Below, in pieces: positions 46,007 to 55,465 of a stretch of 64,000 nt of DNA. Below the pieces are notes generated by a model. It ran no database searches, was not told the DNA's origin, and saw nothing but the letters and a program-made list of their open reading frames with translations. The translations under genes and the position numbers were made by a program. Positions within the stretch are counted from its first letter, which is position 1; each line of letters begins with the position of its first letter. Origin of the DNA: Rhodospirillaceae bacterium (GTDB lineage Bacteria > Pseudomonadota > Alphaproteobacteria > Rhodospirillales > Casp-alpha2); contig JABIPG010000104.1 of the NCBI GenBank assembly GCA_018698795.1, positions 8,011 through 72,010 on the forward strand. The letters are read 5' to 3'.

Positions 46007-47509
46007 TCAATCGAGATCGAGTGGAAAAATCGGACGGCGCAAGTTTTTGTAGGGCAATTTGCCGAAATCCTTCGTCGCCAGCGCCCCGGAATCGATAATC
46101 AGCACCTGCCGTGCGATGGGCTCATAGGCGGCGCGGAAGTGGTGGATGGATTTCACCGCGACAACGTCTTTTTCGCGCGGGTCGATGCCTGCATGGGTGA
46201 AGGTTTCCAGTTCCGTGCATTGCAGGCGCTTGGACGCGACGATGACATCGATACCGCCGACCCTGAGCACCGCCGTTGCGCCTAAGTGTTGGATGGTGCC
46301 ACCCCAGCGCGGGCCCAACGCCAGATAGCTGCCGTCGGTGACGGTGACGACCGTACCGGTAACGTCGATGGGCGGGCCGTAGGTCGCATCGACCTTGCCG
46401 CCAAGAGATAGCGTGGCCGTTGCGCCCTCGCCCGCCGCTACCAAATGGGCGGCGGCGTCAGGGTCGCAGATGGTGCCGAAAGCGGCGTTCTCGAGCCCGG
46501 CTTTGATCATACCGTTCAACAAAAACGTCGAGTCACCGTACGCGCCGGAGCCTGGGTTGTCGGACGCGTCCGCCAAAACAACAGGACCGCCCGTTGGACC
46601 GTCACTGGCCGGCAGTTCGACGAGCCGCTGCATGGCGCCAGCGACATCCAGGTATTCGTTGGAGTCGTAGTGCCGGGTTTCCCAGGCATGATCCATGAAA
46701 TCCTCGGCGATGGCCTGGAAGCGAGTATCGTGGCCGTCGCCGCAGACCACGACTGTCGGTCCGGCTTCGTCCAGGTCAGCGGGGCAGAACCCGGCCTGCA
46801 CACTGACCAGCAAGACGCCGTCGTCGGTGGCTTCCAGCTTATCGGCACGGGCGAGTAGCTCGGTCATTGGGTTGTCGACAGTGGTGCGTCCGCTATCAAG
46901 CCCGCCCAGTAAATCGCGCCGAGCGATGTGGGATACGGGCCGCACCTCGCCTTTCATGGCCATGTCCAAAATCTTCGCCGCGCGTTTCGCGGTGGGTGCC
47001 TGATCGATGTGCGGATAGGTCCGGTAGGCGCAGATGATATCGGCATGACGCGCCATGCGTTCGGTCACGTTGGCGTGCAGATCAAGCGTGATGGCTACCG
47101 GCACGTCAGGTCCGATGACGCCGCGCAGTTGCTCCAGGAATTCGCCTTCCGCATCGTCGTGGTCGACGGTTGCCATGGCGCCATGCATGGAGAACAACAC
47201 GCCATCCAATTGGCCGGCTTTGGCGGCGGTCTCCAGGGCATGGCCGGCGCAGGCATCCCAGGCGTCGCGGGCCACCCGGCCCGACGGTGTTGTCCAGGCA
47301 ACGACGGAGCGGAGCAATTCCCAGCCCAGTTCGGCGGCGGCGTCTTCAACGCCGGCGGGTTCAATGACACTGCCTTCGACAGTGGCGGGGATGTCGTCGC
47401 CGAAGGCCAGTAAATAATCTTCGAAATGGGCCAGTGTGGTTGGCAATTGGCTGAACGTGTTGGTCTCGTGACCGAACAGGCCGGTCAGTACGCGAGGGGG
47501 GGTGCGCAT
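46007..47509 (-). CDS. M81-family (MlrC / microcystinase C-like) metallopeptidase, paralogue A
   Basis: GHETNTFS, LHGAM, TLDLHANVT, YRTYPHIDQ, DNPGSGAYGDST, VKSIHHFRAAYEPIA, C-terminal RRPIFPLDLD. Confidence 0.85.
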   Translation of the reverse strand: MRTPPRVLTGLFGHETNTFSQLPTTLAHFEDYLLAFGDDIPATVEGSVIEPAGVEDAAAELGWELLRSVVAWTTPSGRVARDAWDACAGHALETAAKAGQLDGVLFSMHGAMATVDHDDAEGEFLEQLRGVIGPDVPVAITLDLHANVTERMARHADIICAYRTYPHIDQAPTAKRAAKILDMAMKGEVRPVSHIARRDLLGGLDSGRTTVDNPMTELLARADKLEATDDGVLLVSVQAGFCPADLDEAGPTVVVCGDGHDTRFQAIAEDFMDHAWETRHYDSNEYLDVAGAMQRLVELPASDGPTGGPVVLADASDNPGSGAYGDSTFLLNGMIKAGLENAAFGTICDPDAAAHLVAAGEGATATLSLGGKVDATYGPPIDVTGTVVTVTDGSYLALGPRWGGTIQHLGATAVLRVGGIDVIVASKRLQCTELETFTHAGIDPREKDVVAVKSIHHFRAAYEPIARQVLIIDSGALATKDFGKLPYKNLRRPIFPLDLD

Positions 47510-47528
47510 GGGTGTCGTCCTCTTAAAT

Positions 47529-48305
47529 TTATAAGTTCCGATAGAGCGAGCCGGAGATAGAGCGGGCCGTCTCCATGGCCAAAGGCGCCAGTTTCTCGGT
47601 GGCGTGTTCCATGCTCCATTGCGGTTTGTAAACGGGGATCAGCACCGCTCCGATGCTCATTCCATTGTTGCCGATGACCGGTGCGGCAACGGCGATTTCG
47701 TTGGGCAGGGCTTGTCCGGCGCCGATGGCATAACCTTGGTCGTGGGCCTCGGCAATGCGGCGCATGATGGTATCGCGATCCGTAATGGTGTGCTCGGTGA
47801 GCGGGCGAATGTCCGACGCGTCAATAATCGCCGTGGCTTCGTCAGCTGGCCGAAACGCCAAAATACAAATACCGCCGGTGGCGCAGAACGCCGGGATACG
47901 GCGGCCGGGTATGGTGGCGTTGTAGTTGGCCTTCTCATGCGGGATGCGGACGGTGTAGATGATATCGGTGCCGGCGAGAACGCAAAGATTGACTGTCGTG
48001 CCATAGACCTTGCCTGCTTCGATCAATCGCGCCACGGCGATCTCGGCGAGCCTGTCTTGCTGCAGATAAGTGTAGGAAAAATCCATCAACTTGATGGCCG
48101 GGCGATAGCGCCGGCTGTGCTTGTCTTTTTCGAGATAGCCCAGCCGGTGCAGCGTATTGGTAAACCGCTGCGCGGCACTTTTATCCATGTTGGTCGCATG
48201 CGCAATTTCGGTGATGCCGAGGCTGGCACCGTGTCTGCGGAAGACGTCAAGTACTCGCAGACCCTTTTCCAAGGAGCTGACGAACAGGGTATCTTGTTTG
48301 GTCAT
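47529..48305 (-). CDS. IclR-family transcriptional regulator
   Basis: N-terminal wHTH (LRVLDVF...LGITEIAHATNMDKSAAQRFTNTLHRLGYL) plus an IclR effector domain. Confidence 0.85.
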   Translation of the reverse strand: MTKQDTLFVSSLEKGLRVLDVFRRHGASLGITEIAHATNMDKSAAQRFTNTLHRLGYLEKDKHSRRYRPAIKLMDFSYTYLQQDRLAEIAVARLIEAGKVYGTTVNLCVLAGTDIIYTVRIPHEKANYNATIPGRRIPAFCATGGICILAFRPADEATAIIDASDIRPLTEHTITDRDTIMRRIAEAHDQGYAIGAGQALPNEIAVAAPVIGNNGMSIGAVLIPVYKPQWSMEHATEKLAPLAMETARSISGSLYRNL

Positions 48306-48375
48306 CGGTGCGCCTTGTTGGCTGGCAAGGAGATTGGCACGCAGACGGGCAAGTTGACCGGAAGGAGGGGATGCG

Positions 48376-48418
48376 GTATCATTATTAGAATATAATAATA
48401 AGTATCATATAATGATAC
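48376..48418. promoter_or_regulatory. AT-rich operator candidate: palindrome GTATCAT-ATA-ATGATAC plus a third GTATCAT half-site
   Basis: Perfect 7-3-7 palindrome at 48402-48418 and an extra half-site at 48376-48382. TATAAT at 48391-48396. Lies in the divergent iclR / ABC-operon intergenic region. Confidence 0.5.
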
Positions 48419-48592
48419 AAGTGCAGATTGTCGTTTTCCTGCTTATCCAAGGGGGGTACAGTTTTCATCGTGCCTGTCGTGAGTACTGTTCTTGAAAAGA
48501 TCGGAGCGGTGTTGTGGCAGCATGAGAATGTAGAAGACCGACAATGGGGTCCAATTAAACGTCGAGAACGATCAGTGGAGGAGACGAATTCC

Positions 48593-50134
48593 ATGAAAGA
48601 CAAACTTATCATCGCCGCAGCACTTGCCGCCACGGCGTTGACCAGCAACGCAGCGCTCGCCGGTAAAGCTACCGACACGCTGAACTGGTCAACAACCCGT
48701 GAAGTGGATGTGGCACTGCCGTATTACAACAACGTTCGTGAAATGGTGATCTTGCAGCGCCATACATGGGACAACCTGTTGTATCGTGACACCAAGACTT
48801 TTGAATACAAGCCGCTCCTGGCGACGTCCTACAAATGGGTCGACAACAAGACGCTGGAATTCAAAATTCGCAAAGGTGTGAAATTCCACAATGGTCAGAC
48901 GCTGACTGCCGATGACGTGGTGGCGACTTACAACCACGTTTCCGCCAAGGACTCCGGCATTTTGACCAAGCGTAACGCCAACTGGATCGAGCGCGCCGAA
49001 AAGACCGGTCCCGATACAGTGCGCGTGCATCTGAAGGAAACTTTCCCGGCAGCGCTCGAGTATGTGTCCGGCCCGTTGGCGATTTTCCCCAAGGATATCT
49101 GGAAGACCGCCAAAAAGGACGCCAAAGGTCGTCCTGATTACGGTACCGTGGCGCCGATTGGCACCGGCCCTTATATCTCGGTGAAGAACGTTCCTGGTGA
49201 GTCCGTGCACCTCGAGAAAAACCCCAACTATTGGAAGGGGTCTCCGAAAGGCCAGCCGTCGATCGGCAAAATCGTGTTCCGCACGGTCTCCGACCCGGAA
49301 GCTCAGATCGCCGAGTTGCTTTCGGGCAGCCTCGACTGGATTTGGGATGTGCCGAAGGATAAAGCCGAGCAGTTGAAGCTGATTGGTATTTCCAAGGTCG
49401 TCAGCGCGCCGACCATGCGGATCAGCTACATCGCCATGGATCGCGCCGGTCGTTCCGGTAAGGGTAAAGAGAACCCGTTCTTCGACAAGAAGGTCCGCCA
49501 AGCTGTTGCGCACGCTGTTGACCGCAAGGCGATAGCCAAGAACTTGGTCGGTGGGGCTTCTCAGGTGATCCATTCGGCCTGTTTCCCGACGCAGTTCGGT
49601 TGTACCCAAGACGTGCCGAAGTACGACTACAATCCGGGCAAAGCCAAAAAGCTGCTGGCTGAAGCCGGATACCCGAACGGCTTCACCACCGACATCTTCG
49701 CCTACCGCCAACGCGAGTACACCGAAGCGGTGATGGGTTATCTGGGTAAGGTCGGCATCAAGTCCAAACTCAAGTACATGCAGTACAAAGCGCTGCGCGG
49801 CTTGGTTTGGGACTCGAAAGCACCGTTCCATCAAATGACTTGGGGTTCATACTCCATGAACGACGTTTCGGCGATCACCAGCCACTTCTTCCAAGGCAAG
49901 CGTGATGACTACTGCCGAGATACCGATGTCACCAAATGGCTGGCGGAAGGTGATTCGAACACCGACCCGAAGGTGCGTAAGGCCGCGTACAAGAAGGCTC
50001 TTTCCCGCCTGCAGGAGAACGTTTGCTGGTTGCCGATGTTCACCTACGCCAAGTACTACGCTTACAGCCACGACCTCGAATTCACGCCGACCTCGGATGA
50101 AATTCCGCGGTTCTTCACGGCGAAGTGGAAGTAA
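48593..50134 (+). CDS. ABC transporter substrate-binding protein, family 5 (oligopeptide/dipeptide/nickel type)
   Basis: Signal peptide MKDKLIIAAALAATALTSNAALA after a GGAGGAG RBS. Length and motifs (FHNG..LTADDV, NPNYW) typical of SBP_bac_5. Confidence 0.85.
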   Translation: MKDKLIIAAALAATALTSNAALAGKATDTLNWSTTREVDVALPYYNNVREMVILQRHTWDNLLYRDTKTFEYKPLLATSYKWVDNKTLEFKIRKGVKFHNGQTLTADDVVATYNHVSAKDSGILTKRNANWIERAEKTGPDTVRVHLKETFPAALEYVSGPLAIFPKDIWKTAKKDAKGRPDYGTVAPIGTGPYISVKNVPGESVHLEKNPNYWKGSPKGQPSIGKIVFRTVSDPEAQIAELLSGSLDWIWDVPKDKAEQLKLIGISKVVSAPTMRISYIAMDRAGRSGKGKENPFFDKKVRQAVAHAVDRKAIAKNLVGGASQVIHSACFPTQFGCTQDVPKYDYNPGKAKKLLAEAGYPNGFTTDIFAYRQREYTEAVMGYLGKVGIKSKLKYMQYKALRGLVWDSKAPFHQMTWGSYSMNDVSAITSHFFQGKRDDYCRDTDVTKWLAEGDSNTDPKVRKAAYKKALSRLQENVCWLPMFTYAKYYAYSHDLEFTPTSDEIPRFFTAKWK

Positions 50135-50152
50135 GCCACCTGAATTGAGCTG

Positions 50153-50195
50153 TTCCCGGCCCAGCGGAGACTCTGGGCCGGGAATTTGTTCTGTT
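50153..50195 (+). terminator. Strong intra-operon stem-loop / partial terminator after the SBP gene
   Basis: Perfect 12-bp stem TTCCCGGCCCAG / CTGGGCCGGGAA, 8-nt loop, followed by TTTGTTCTGTT. Confidence 0.7.
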
Positions 50196-50206
50196 CGGAG
50201 AATGTC

Positions 50207-51124
50207 ATGCTGATTTATGCCCTAAAGCGATTTGCCGTCGCCCTGCTGGTCGCACTCACCGTGTCGCTGGTGACCTTTACGCTGCTCAGGCTTTCCGGTG
50301 ATCCCGCCGCCGCCATGGCTGGTCCGGAAGCGTCGGAAGAAGACATTGAGTATGTCCGCATCCACTATGGCTTCGATAAACCGTTGCCGGTGCAGTACTA
50401 CAATTGGCTGAGCAACGCCGCGCAAGGCGACTTCGGCATGTCGATTTATCTGAAGACACCGGTCTCTGAGATTATTGTACGCCATGCACCGACAACGATG
50501 ATTCTCGGTGCTTGTGCTCTGTCTTTCGCATTGCTGTTGGCAATACCGCTTGGGGTGGTGGCGGCGATGTATCCCAATACGCTCATTGATCGCACCGCCT
50601 TGACCATTGCGGTTATCGGCCAGGCGCTACCCAGCTTTTTCTTTGGTTTGATCTTGATTATCGTGTTCGGCGTTTGGTTGCGATGGCTACCTATATCCGG
50701 ACACGCGTCATGGATGAATTTCGTTATGCCCTCTATCGCGCTGGGCTATTACGCAACGCCGGCAATCATGCGCATGACCCGGGCCGGCATGATGGATGTG
50801 ATGTCTTCGGACTATATCCGGACTGCCCGCGCCAAGGGGCTGCGGCCTCGTGTCGTGCTGTTTAAGCACGCGCTGCGCAATGCGATTATCCCGGTGGTGT
50901 CGTTGTCGGCGGTGCAATTGGGTTTCATGCTCGGCGGCTCGATCGTTATCGAATCAATTTTTTCATTGAACGGGCTCGGCAATCTGGCCTGGCAATCCAT
51001 TCAACGGTCCGATTTTGAAGTCATGCAGGCGATTGTGCTTTCGATCGCAAGTTTCTACATCCTGCTGACCTTCCTGGCGGATATGCTCAACGCCTTCCTC
51101 GATCCTAGGATCCGGGTGCATTAA
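50207..51124 (+). CDS. ABC transporter permease (DppB/OppB-like)
   Basis: N-terminal MLIYALKRF..., 6 TM segments, EAA-like loop (DYIRTARAKGL). Confidence 0.85.
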   Translation: MLIYALKRFAVALLVALTVSLVTFTLLRLSGDPAAAMAGPEASEEDIEYVRIHYGFDKPLPVQYYNWLSNAAQGDFGMSIYLKTPVSEIIVRHAPTTMILGACALSFALLLAIPLGVVAAMYPNTLIDRTALTIAVIGQALPSFFFGLILIIVFGVWLRWLPISGHASWMNFVMPSIALGYYATPAIMRMTRAGMMDVMSSDYIRTARAKGLRPRVVLFKHALRNAIIPVVSLSAVQLGFMLGGSIVIESIFSLNGLGNLAWQSIQRSDFEVMQAIVLSIASFYILLTFLADMLNAFLDPRIRVH

Positions 51125-51136
51125 GGAGGCCATGAC

Positions 51137-52048
51137 ATGAGTAACGCAACCTCCGCCAGCAAGCTGCCCACGGCCCAGCAAATTCTTGAACCTTCGCCGA
51201 TGTCTTTGTTGCGAAAGCGGGCATTTGGGCATGCCGGTCTGATCATCGGCGGCTCTGTGCTGTTGATCATCTTTATCATGGCGATCTTTGCGCCGCTGCT
51301 GGCGCCGCATGATCCGTACGATTTTGACCTGACAAAAAAGTTCATCGACCCCATTTGGTCAGCTAAAGGCACTTGGGAACATCCCCTGGGCACCGATGGC
51401 CAAGGGCGTGATTACCTAAGCCGCATCATCTACGGCGCGCGTTTGTCGCTGTTGATCGGTTTCGCCGCCATGTTTATTTCCGGCATCATCGGCACCGCGC
51501 TTGGTGTGGCTGCCGGATATTTCGGTGGCCGCGTCGATATGGTCATCACCTTCATCATCACCACCCGCCTGGCCATGCCGGTGATCTTGGTGGCATTGGC
51601 GGTTGTTGCGCTGGTCGGCAGTTCCATGTGGATTGTTATTTGGGTCCTGGGGTTGTTGATATGGGACCGCTTTGCCGTGGTCATGCGTGCCACCACCCAG
51701 CAAGTCCGCAATATGGATTATGTGGCGGCGGCACAGGCCTTGGGGTGCTCGACAACGCGGATCATTCTGACCGAGATCATGCCCAATATCGTCAATGCCC
51801 TGATCGTCGTCGCGACGCTTGAGGTGGCGCATGCGGTGCTGTTGGAAGCGGCGCTGTCGTTCCTGGGGCTTGGCGTGCAACCGCCAACGCCGAGTTGGGG
51901 CCTGATGATTTCCGAAGGCAAGGGGATGATGTTCTTCAAGGCCTGGGTGATCGCTATTCCGGGCGCCGCGCTGTTTGCCATGGTGTTGTGTATCAATCTG
52001 ATGGGCGACGGCATCCGCGACGTCACCGCGCCGGAAAACCGCAATTGA
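51137..52048 (+). CDS. ABC transporter permease (DppC/OppC-like)
   Basis: 6 TM segments, motif YVAAAQALGCS, typical C-terminus GDGIRDV.DP. Confidence 0.85.
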   Translation: MSNATSASKLPTAQQILEPSPMSLLRKRAFGHAGLIIGGSVLLIIFIMAIFAPLLAPHDPYDFDLTKKFIDPIWSAKGTWEHPLGTDGQGRDYLSRIIYGARLSLLIGFAAMFISGIIGTALGVAAGYFGGRVDMVITFIITTRLAMPVILVALAVVALVGSSMWIVIWVLGLLIWDRFAVVMRATTQQVRNMDYVAAAQALGCSTTRIILTEIMPNIVNALIVVATLEVAHAVLLEAALSFLGLGVQPPTPSWGLMISEGKGMMFFKAWVIAIPGAALFAMVLCINLMGDGIRDVTAPENRN

Positions 52049-52068
52049 CGGGCGAGGGAGACACGGTT

Positions 52069-53082
52069 GTGGCTGAACGTATTCTCAATGTCGAAAACCT
52101 GAAAGTTGATATCCCGGTGCCCGGCGGCATCTTGCATGCCGTGCAGGGCACTAGTTTTCATGTGGACCGTGGTGAAACGCTGTGCATTGTCGGTGAGTCC
52201 GGATGCGGGAAGTCACTGACCTCCCTGGCGATCATGGATCTGTTGCCGAAGAAAGCTGATCGCAACGCCAGCAAATTGGAGCTCGACGGTTTTAGCATCC
52301 TCGATATCGGCGAGCGCCGCATGTCCGATATCCGTGGTGACCGCATGGGCATGATTTTCCAAGAACCGATGACGTCGCTCAATCCGTCCTACACCATTGG
52401 CAACCAGTTGGAAGAGGCTTTGCTGCGCCATCGCAAGGTCAATCGCGCCGAGGCCCGCGACCGGGCTGTCTTTTTGTTGGAAAAGGTTGGCATCACGGCG
52501 GCGCGCTCGCGCCTGCCGCAGTATCCGCATCAGCTTTCCGGCGGATTGCGCCAGCGCGTGATGATTGCCATGACGCTGATGTGTGGCCCCGATCTGATCA
52601 TCGCCGACGAGCCGACAACGGCCCTGGATGTGACCATCCAGGCGCAAATCCTGTTGTTGCTGGCTGAGTTGCAGCGCGAGTTCGACATGGGGCTGATTTT
52701 GATCACCCACGATCTCGGCGTCGTTGCTCGCGTGGCGGACCGCGTGGCGGTCATGTATGCCGGCCAGATCGTCGAGGAAGGCGCCGCCAAGCAGGTTTTT
52801 GAAAACCCCACCCATCCCTATACCCAAGGCCTGTTGGAGTGCATCCCGATCCCGGGGAAAACCGAACGCGGCGCGCATTTGGGGTCAATTCCCGGCATTG
52901 TGCCGTCATTGGTCGGCAACCTGCGCGGTTGCCGTTTTGCGGAGCGCTGCCCCTATGCCACGTCGGCGTGCAGCGCCGACGATGTGGCGCTAGGCATTGG
53001 CGTTGAGGATGGGCACCAATACCGCTGCCTGCTGAGTACCGAGCAATGCGCAGAAAACCTCAAGACGAAGGTATCGGCATGA
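52069..53082 (+). CDS. ABC transporter ATP-binding protein (DppD/OppD-like)
   Basis: Walker A GESGCGKS, signature LSGGLRQR, Walker [16 protein letters not shown] 52069 chosen after the permease stop (RBS GAGGGAG). Confidence 0.85.
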   Translation: MAERILNVENLKVDIPVPGGILHAVQGTSFHVDRGETLCIVGESGCGKSLTSLAIMDLLPKKADRNASKLELDGFSILDIGERRMSDIRGDRMGMIFQEPMTSLNPSYTIGNQLEEALLRHRKVNRAEARDRAVFLLEKVGITAARSRLPQYPHQLSGGLRQRVMIAMTLMCGPDLIIADEPTTALDVTIQAQILLLLAELQREFDMGLILITHDLGVVARVADRVAVMYAGQIVEEGAAKQVFENPTHPYTQGLLECIPIPGKTERGAHLGSIPGIVPSLVGNLRGCRFAERCPYATSACSADDVALGIGVEDGHQYRCLLSTEQCAENLKTKVSA

Positions 53083-54053
53083 GCGAGATCATGATTCAGG
53101 CGAAAGATGTCACCAAAACCTTCATGATTTCGGCGGGGCCCTTCCGTGGCAAGCGCCCGCTGCACGCGGTGAACGGTGTTGATTTGACCGTAGAGCGCGG
53201 TGACGTGGTTGCGTTGGTTGGCGAGTCGGGATGCGGCAAAACGACATTGGCAAAAATCCTGCTCGGTCTGGAATTGCCCACCGCCGGCACCGTCGATATC
53301 CAAGGAAAGCCTGTCCATCAATTGGGCCGGTTGGAAATCGCTGACTTGTTGCAGCCGATCTTCCAAGACCCCTATTCGTCACTCAATCCGCGCAAAACCA
53401 TCGGCAGCATCATCACCTTGCCGCTCAAGGTCCAAGGTGACCCCGACCCCGATAGCTGGCGCCGTCGCGCTGAGGAAATCATGGAATTGGTCGGTCTGCC
53501 GGCACGCGTATTCCAGAATTACCCAAGCCAACTTTCCGGCGGCCAGCGCCAACGGGTGGCTATTGCGCGCGCGCTCATCAACCGCCCACAAGTGGTGATC
53601 TGTGACGAACCCACATCGGCGCTGGATGTCTCTGTGCAATCGCAGATTCTCAATCTGTTGCAAGATTTACGCGGTGAGCTCAATCTCACCTATGTGATTA
53701 TCAGCCACAATTTGGCCGTGGTCGAACACATGGCAACCAAGGTGGCGGTGATGTATCTGGGTCGTATCGTCGAGGAAGCCGACACTGAATCGCTGTTCAC
53801 CAATCCACAGCATCCCTACACCGAAGCCTTGCTCGAATCGGTGCTGACACCCGATCCCAATCTGAGTGTCCCTGACACCCATCTCGGCGCGGCCTATCCC
53901 AACCCGGTCGAGCCGCCGTCGGGCTGCACCTTCCATCCGCGCTGCGCCAAGGTTATGGACCACTGCTCGAAGTTGGCGCCCAAACCCATTGCCGCCGGTG
54001 CCGGCCATGTGGAATGTCACCTCTACGACAAAGCCTCGGAGACCGCCGCATGA
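53079..54053 (+). CDS. ABC transporter ATP-binding protein (DppF/OppF-like)
   Basis: Walker A GESGCGKT, signature LSGGQRQR, Walker B VVICDEPTSALD. ATGA overlap with the preceding gene. Confidence 0.85.
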   Translation: MSEIMIQAKDVTKTFMISAGPFRGKRPLHAVNGVDLTVERGDVVALVGESGCGKTTLAKILLGLELPTAGTVDIQGKPVHQLGRLEIADLLQPIFQDPYSSLNPRKTIGSIITLPLKVQGDPDPDSWRRRAEEIMELVGLPARVFQNYPSQLSGGQRQRVAIARALINRPQVVICDEPTSALDVSVQSQILNLLQDLRGELNLTYVIISHNLAVVEHMATKVAVMYLGRIVEEADTESLFTNPQHPYTEALLESVLTPDPNLSVPDTHLGAAYPNPVEPPSGCTFHPRCAKVMDHCSKLAPKPIAAGAGHVECHLYDKASETAA

Positions 54054-55459
54054 GCCGCGAAGCTGTTGTTGCCGCGGCACAGGCTTATTTTGACGACGGA
54101 AAATTCGTCGATGACCTGGCCCGCCGGGTCGCTATCCCATCCGAAAGCCAGAAAGACGACAGTCAGGCTGCGTTGCGGCGTTACCTTGACGACGAGATGA
54201 TCCCGGCCTTCGACGCCATGGGCCATACGTGTCAGGTCTTCGACAACCCGGTCGAGGGCAAAGGCCCGGTGCTGCTGGCCACCCGCATTGAAGACGAAAG
54301 CCTGCCCACGGTGCTGGGTTACGGCCATGGGGACGTGGTCCGTGGTCTCGCCGATCAGTGGTATGAGGGTCTCGATCCATGGGTAACCACGCAGCGCGGC
54401 GAAAAGCTCTACGGCCGCGGTACCGCCGACAACAAGGGCCAGCACACCGTCAACATGATCGGCATGGCGCAGGTCATGGAGGCGCGCGGTAAGCTTGGGT
54501 TCAATTCCAAGTTCATGGTCGAAATGGGTGAAGAAAGCGGCTCGCCCGGCCTCGATAAAATTATCGAATCCAATCTGGATACCTTTGCCGCGGATGTGTT
54601 CATCGCCTCAGACGGGCCACGCGTCGAGCCCGACCGACCGACGATTTTTTTAGGCGCACGCGGTGCGCGCAACTTCGACCTGTCGTTGGAATTGCGCGAA
54701 GGCGGGCACCATTCAGGCAACTGGGGCGGGCTTTTGGCCAACCCGGGTGTCATCTTGGCGCACGCGCTTTCGACCATCGTCTCAAACACGGGGCAAATCC
54801 AAATCAAAGAATGGCTGCCGCCGCCGATCAGCAATTCAGTGCGCCAAGCTCTGGCCGATATCAGTGTCAGCGGCGGCGACGGCGCACCGGACATTGATGG
54901 GTATTGGGGCGAGCCCGGCCTGACACCGGCCGAGCAGGTTTATGCCTGGAACTCTTTTGAGGTATTGGCATTCAAGACGGGCAACCCCGACCGTCCCGTC
55001 AACGCCGTGCCGCCGCGTGCACTCGCCAATTGCCAAATCAGGTTTGTTGCGGGCTCTGACCGCGATGGTTTTTTGCCCGCTTTGCGCAAACACCTGGATG
55101 CACATGGTTTCGAGGCGATCGAGATTTTGCCGCCGCCGCCGGAAAACGCCGGTGATTTTGACGCCTCGGCGACGCCGCCGGATAATCCGTGGGCGGCGTG
55201 GGCGTCTGAATCTCTGGCCAAAACGACCGGCAAATCGACGGCTGTGGTGCCCAGCCTTGGCGGATCGATCTGCAATGATCTGTTTAACGTGACGCTGGGC
55301 CTGCCGACGATCTGGGTGCCGCATTCCTATTCGGCCTGTTCGCAACATGCGCCGAACGAACATATCCTGCTGCCGCAATTCCGCGAGGCGCTTGGCATCA
55401 TGGCCGGCATCTATTGGGATTTGGGAGAAACCGGCACGCCGCACACCAACGGCAAGTAA
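54050..55459 (+). CDS. M20-family metallopeptidase (dipeptidase / ArgE-DapE-CPG2-like)
   Basis: GHGDVV, GRGTADNKG and EMGEESGS metal-ligand motifs. ATGA overlap with the preceding gene. Confidence 0.8.
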   Translation: MSREAVVAAAQAYFDDGKFVDDLARRVAIPSESQKDDSQAALRRYLDDEMIPAFDAMGHTCQVFDNPVEGKGPVLLATRIEDESLPTVLGYGHGDVVRGLADQWYEGLDPWVTTQRGEKLYGRGTADNKGQHTVNMIGMAQVMEARGKLGFNSKFMVEMGEESGSPGLDKIIESNLDTFAADVFIASDGPRVEPDRPTIFLGARGARNFDLSLELREGGHHSGNWGGLLANPGVILAHALSTIVSNTGQIQIKEWLPPPISNSVRQALADISVSGGDGAPDIDGYWGEPGLTPAEQVYAWNSFEVLAFKTGNPDRPVNAVPPRALANCQIRFVAGSDRDGFLPALRKHLDAHGFEAIEILPPPPENAGDFDASATPPDNPWAAWASESLAKTTGKSTAVVPSLGGSICNDLFNVTLGLPTIWVPHSYSACSQHAPNEHILLPQFREALGIMAGIYWDLGETGTPHTNGK

Positions 55460-55465
55460 GCTGCA

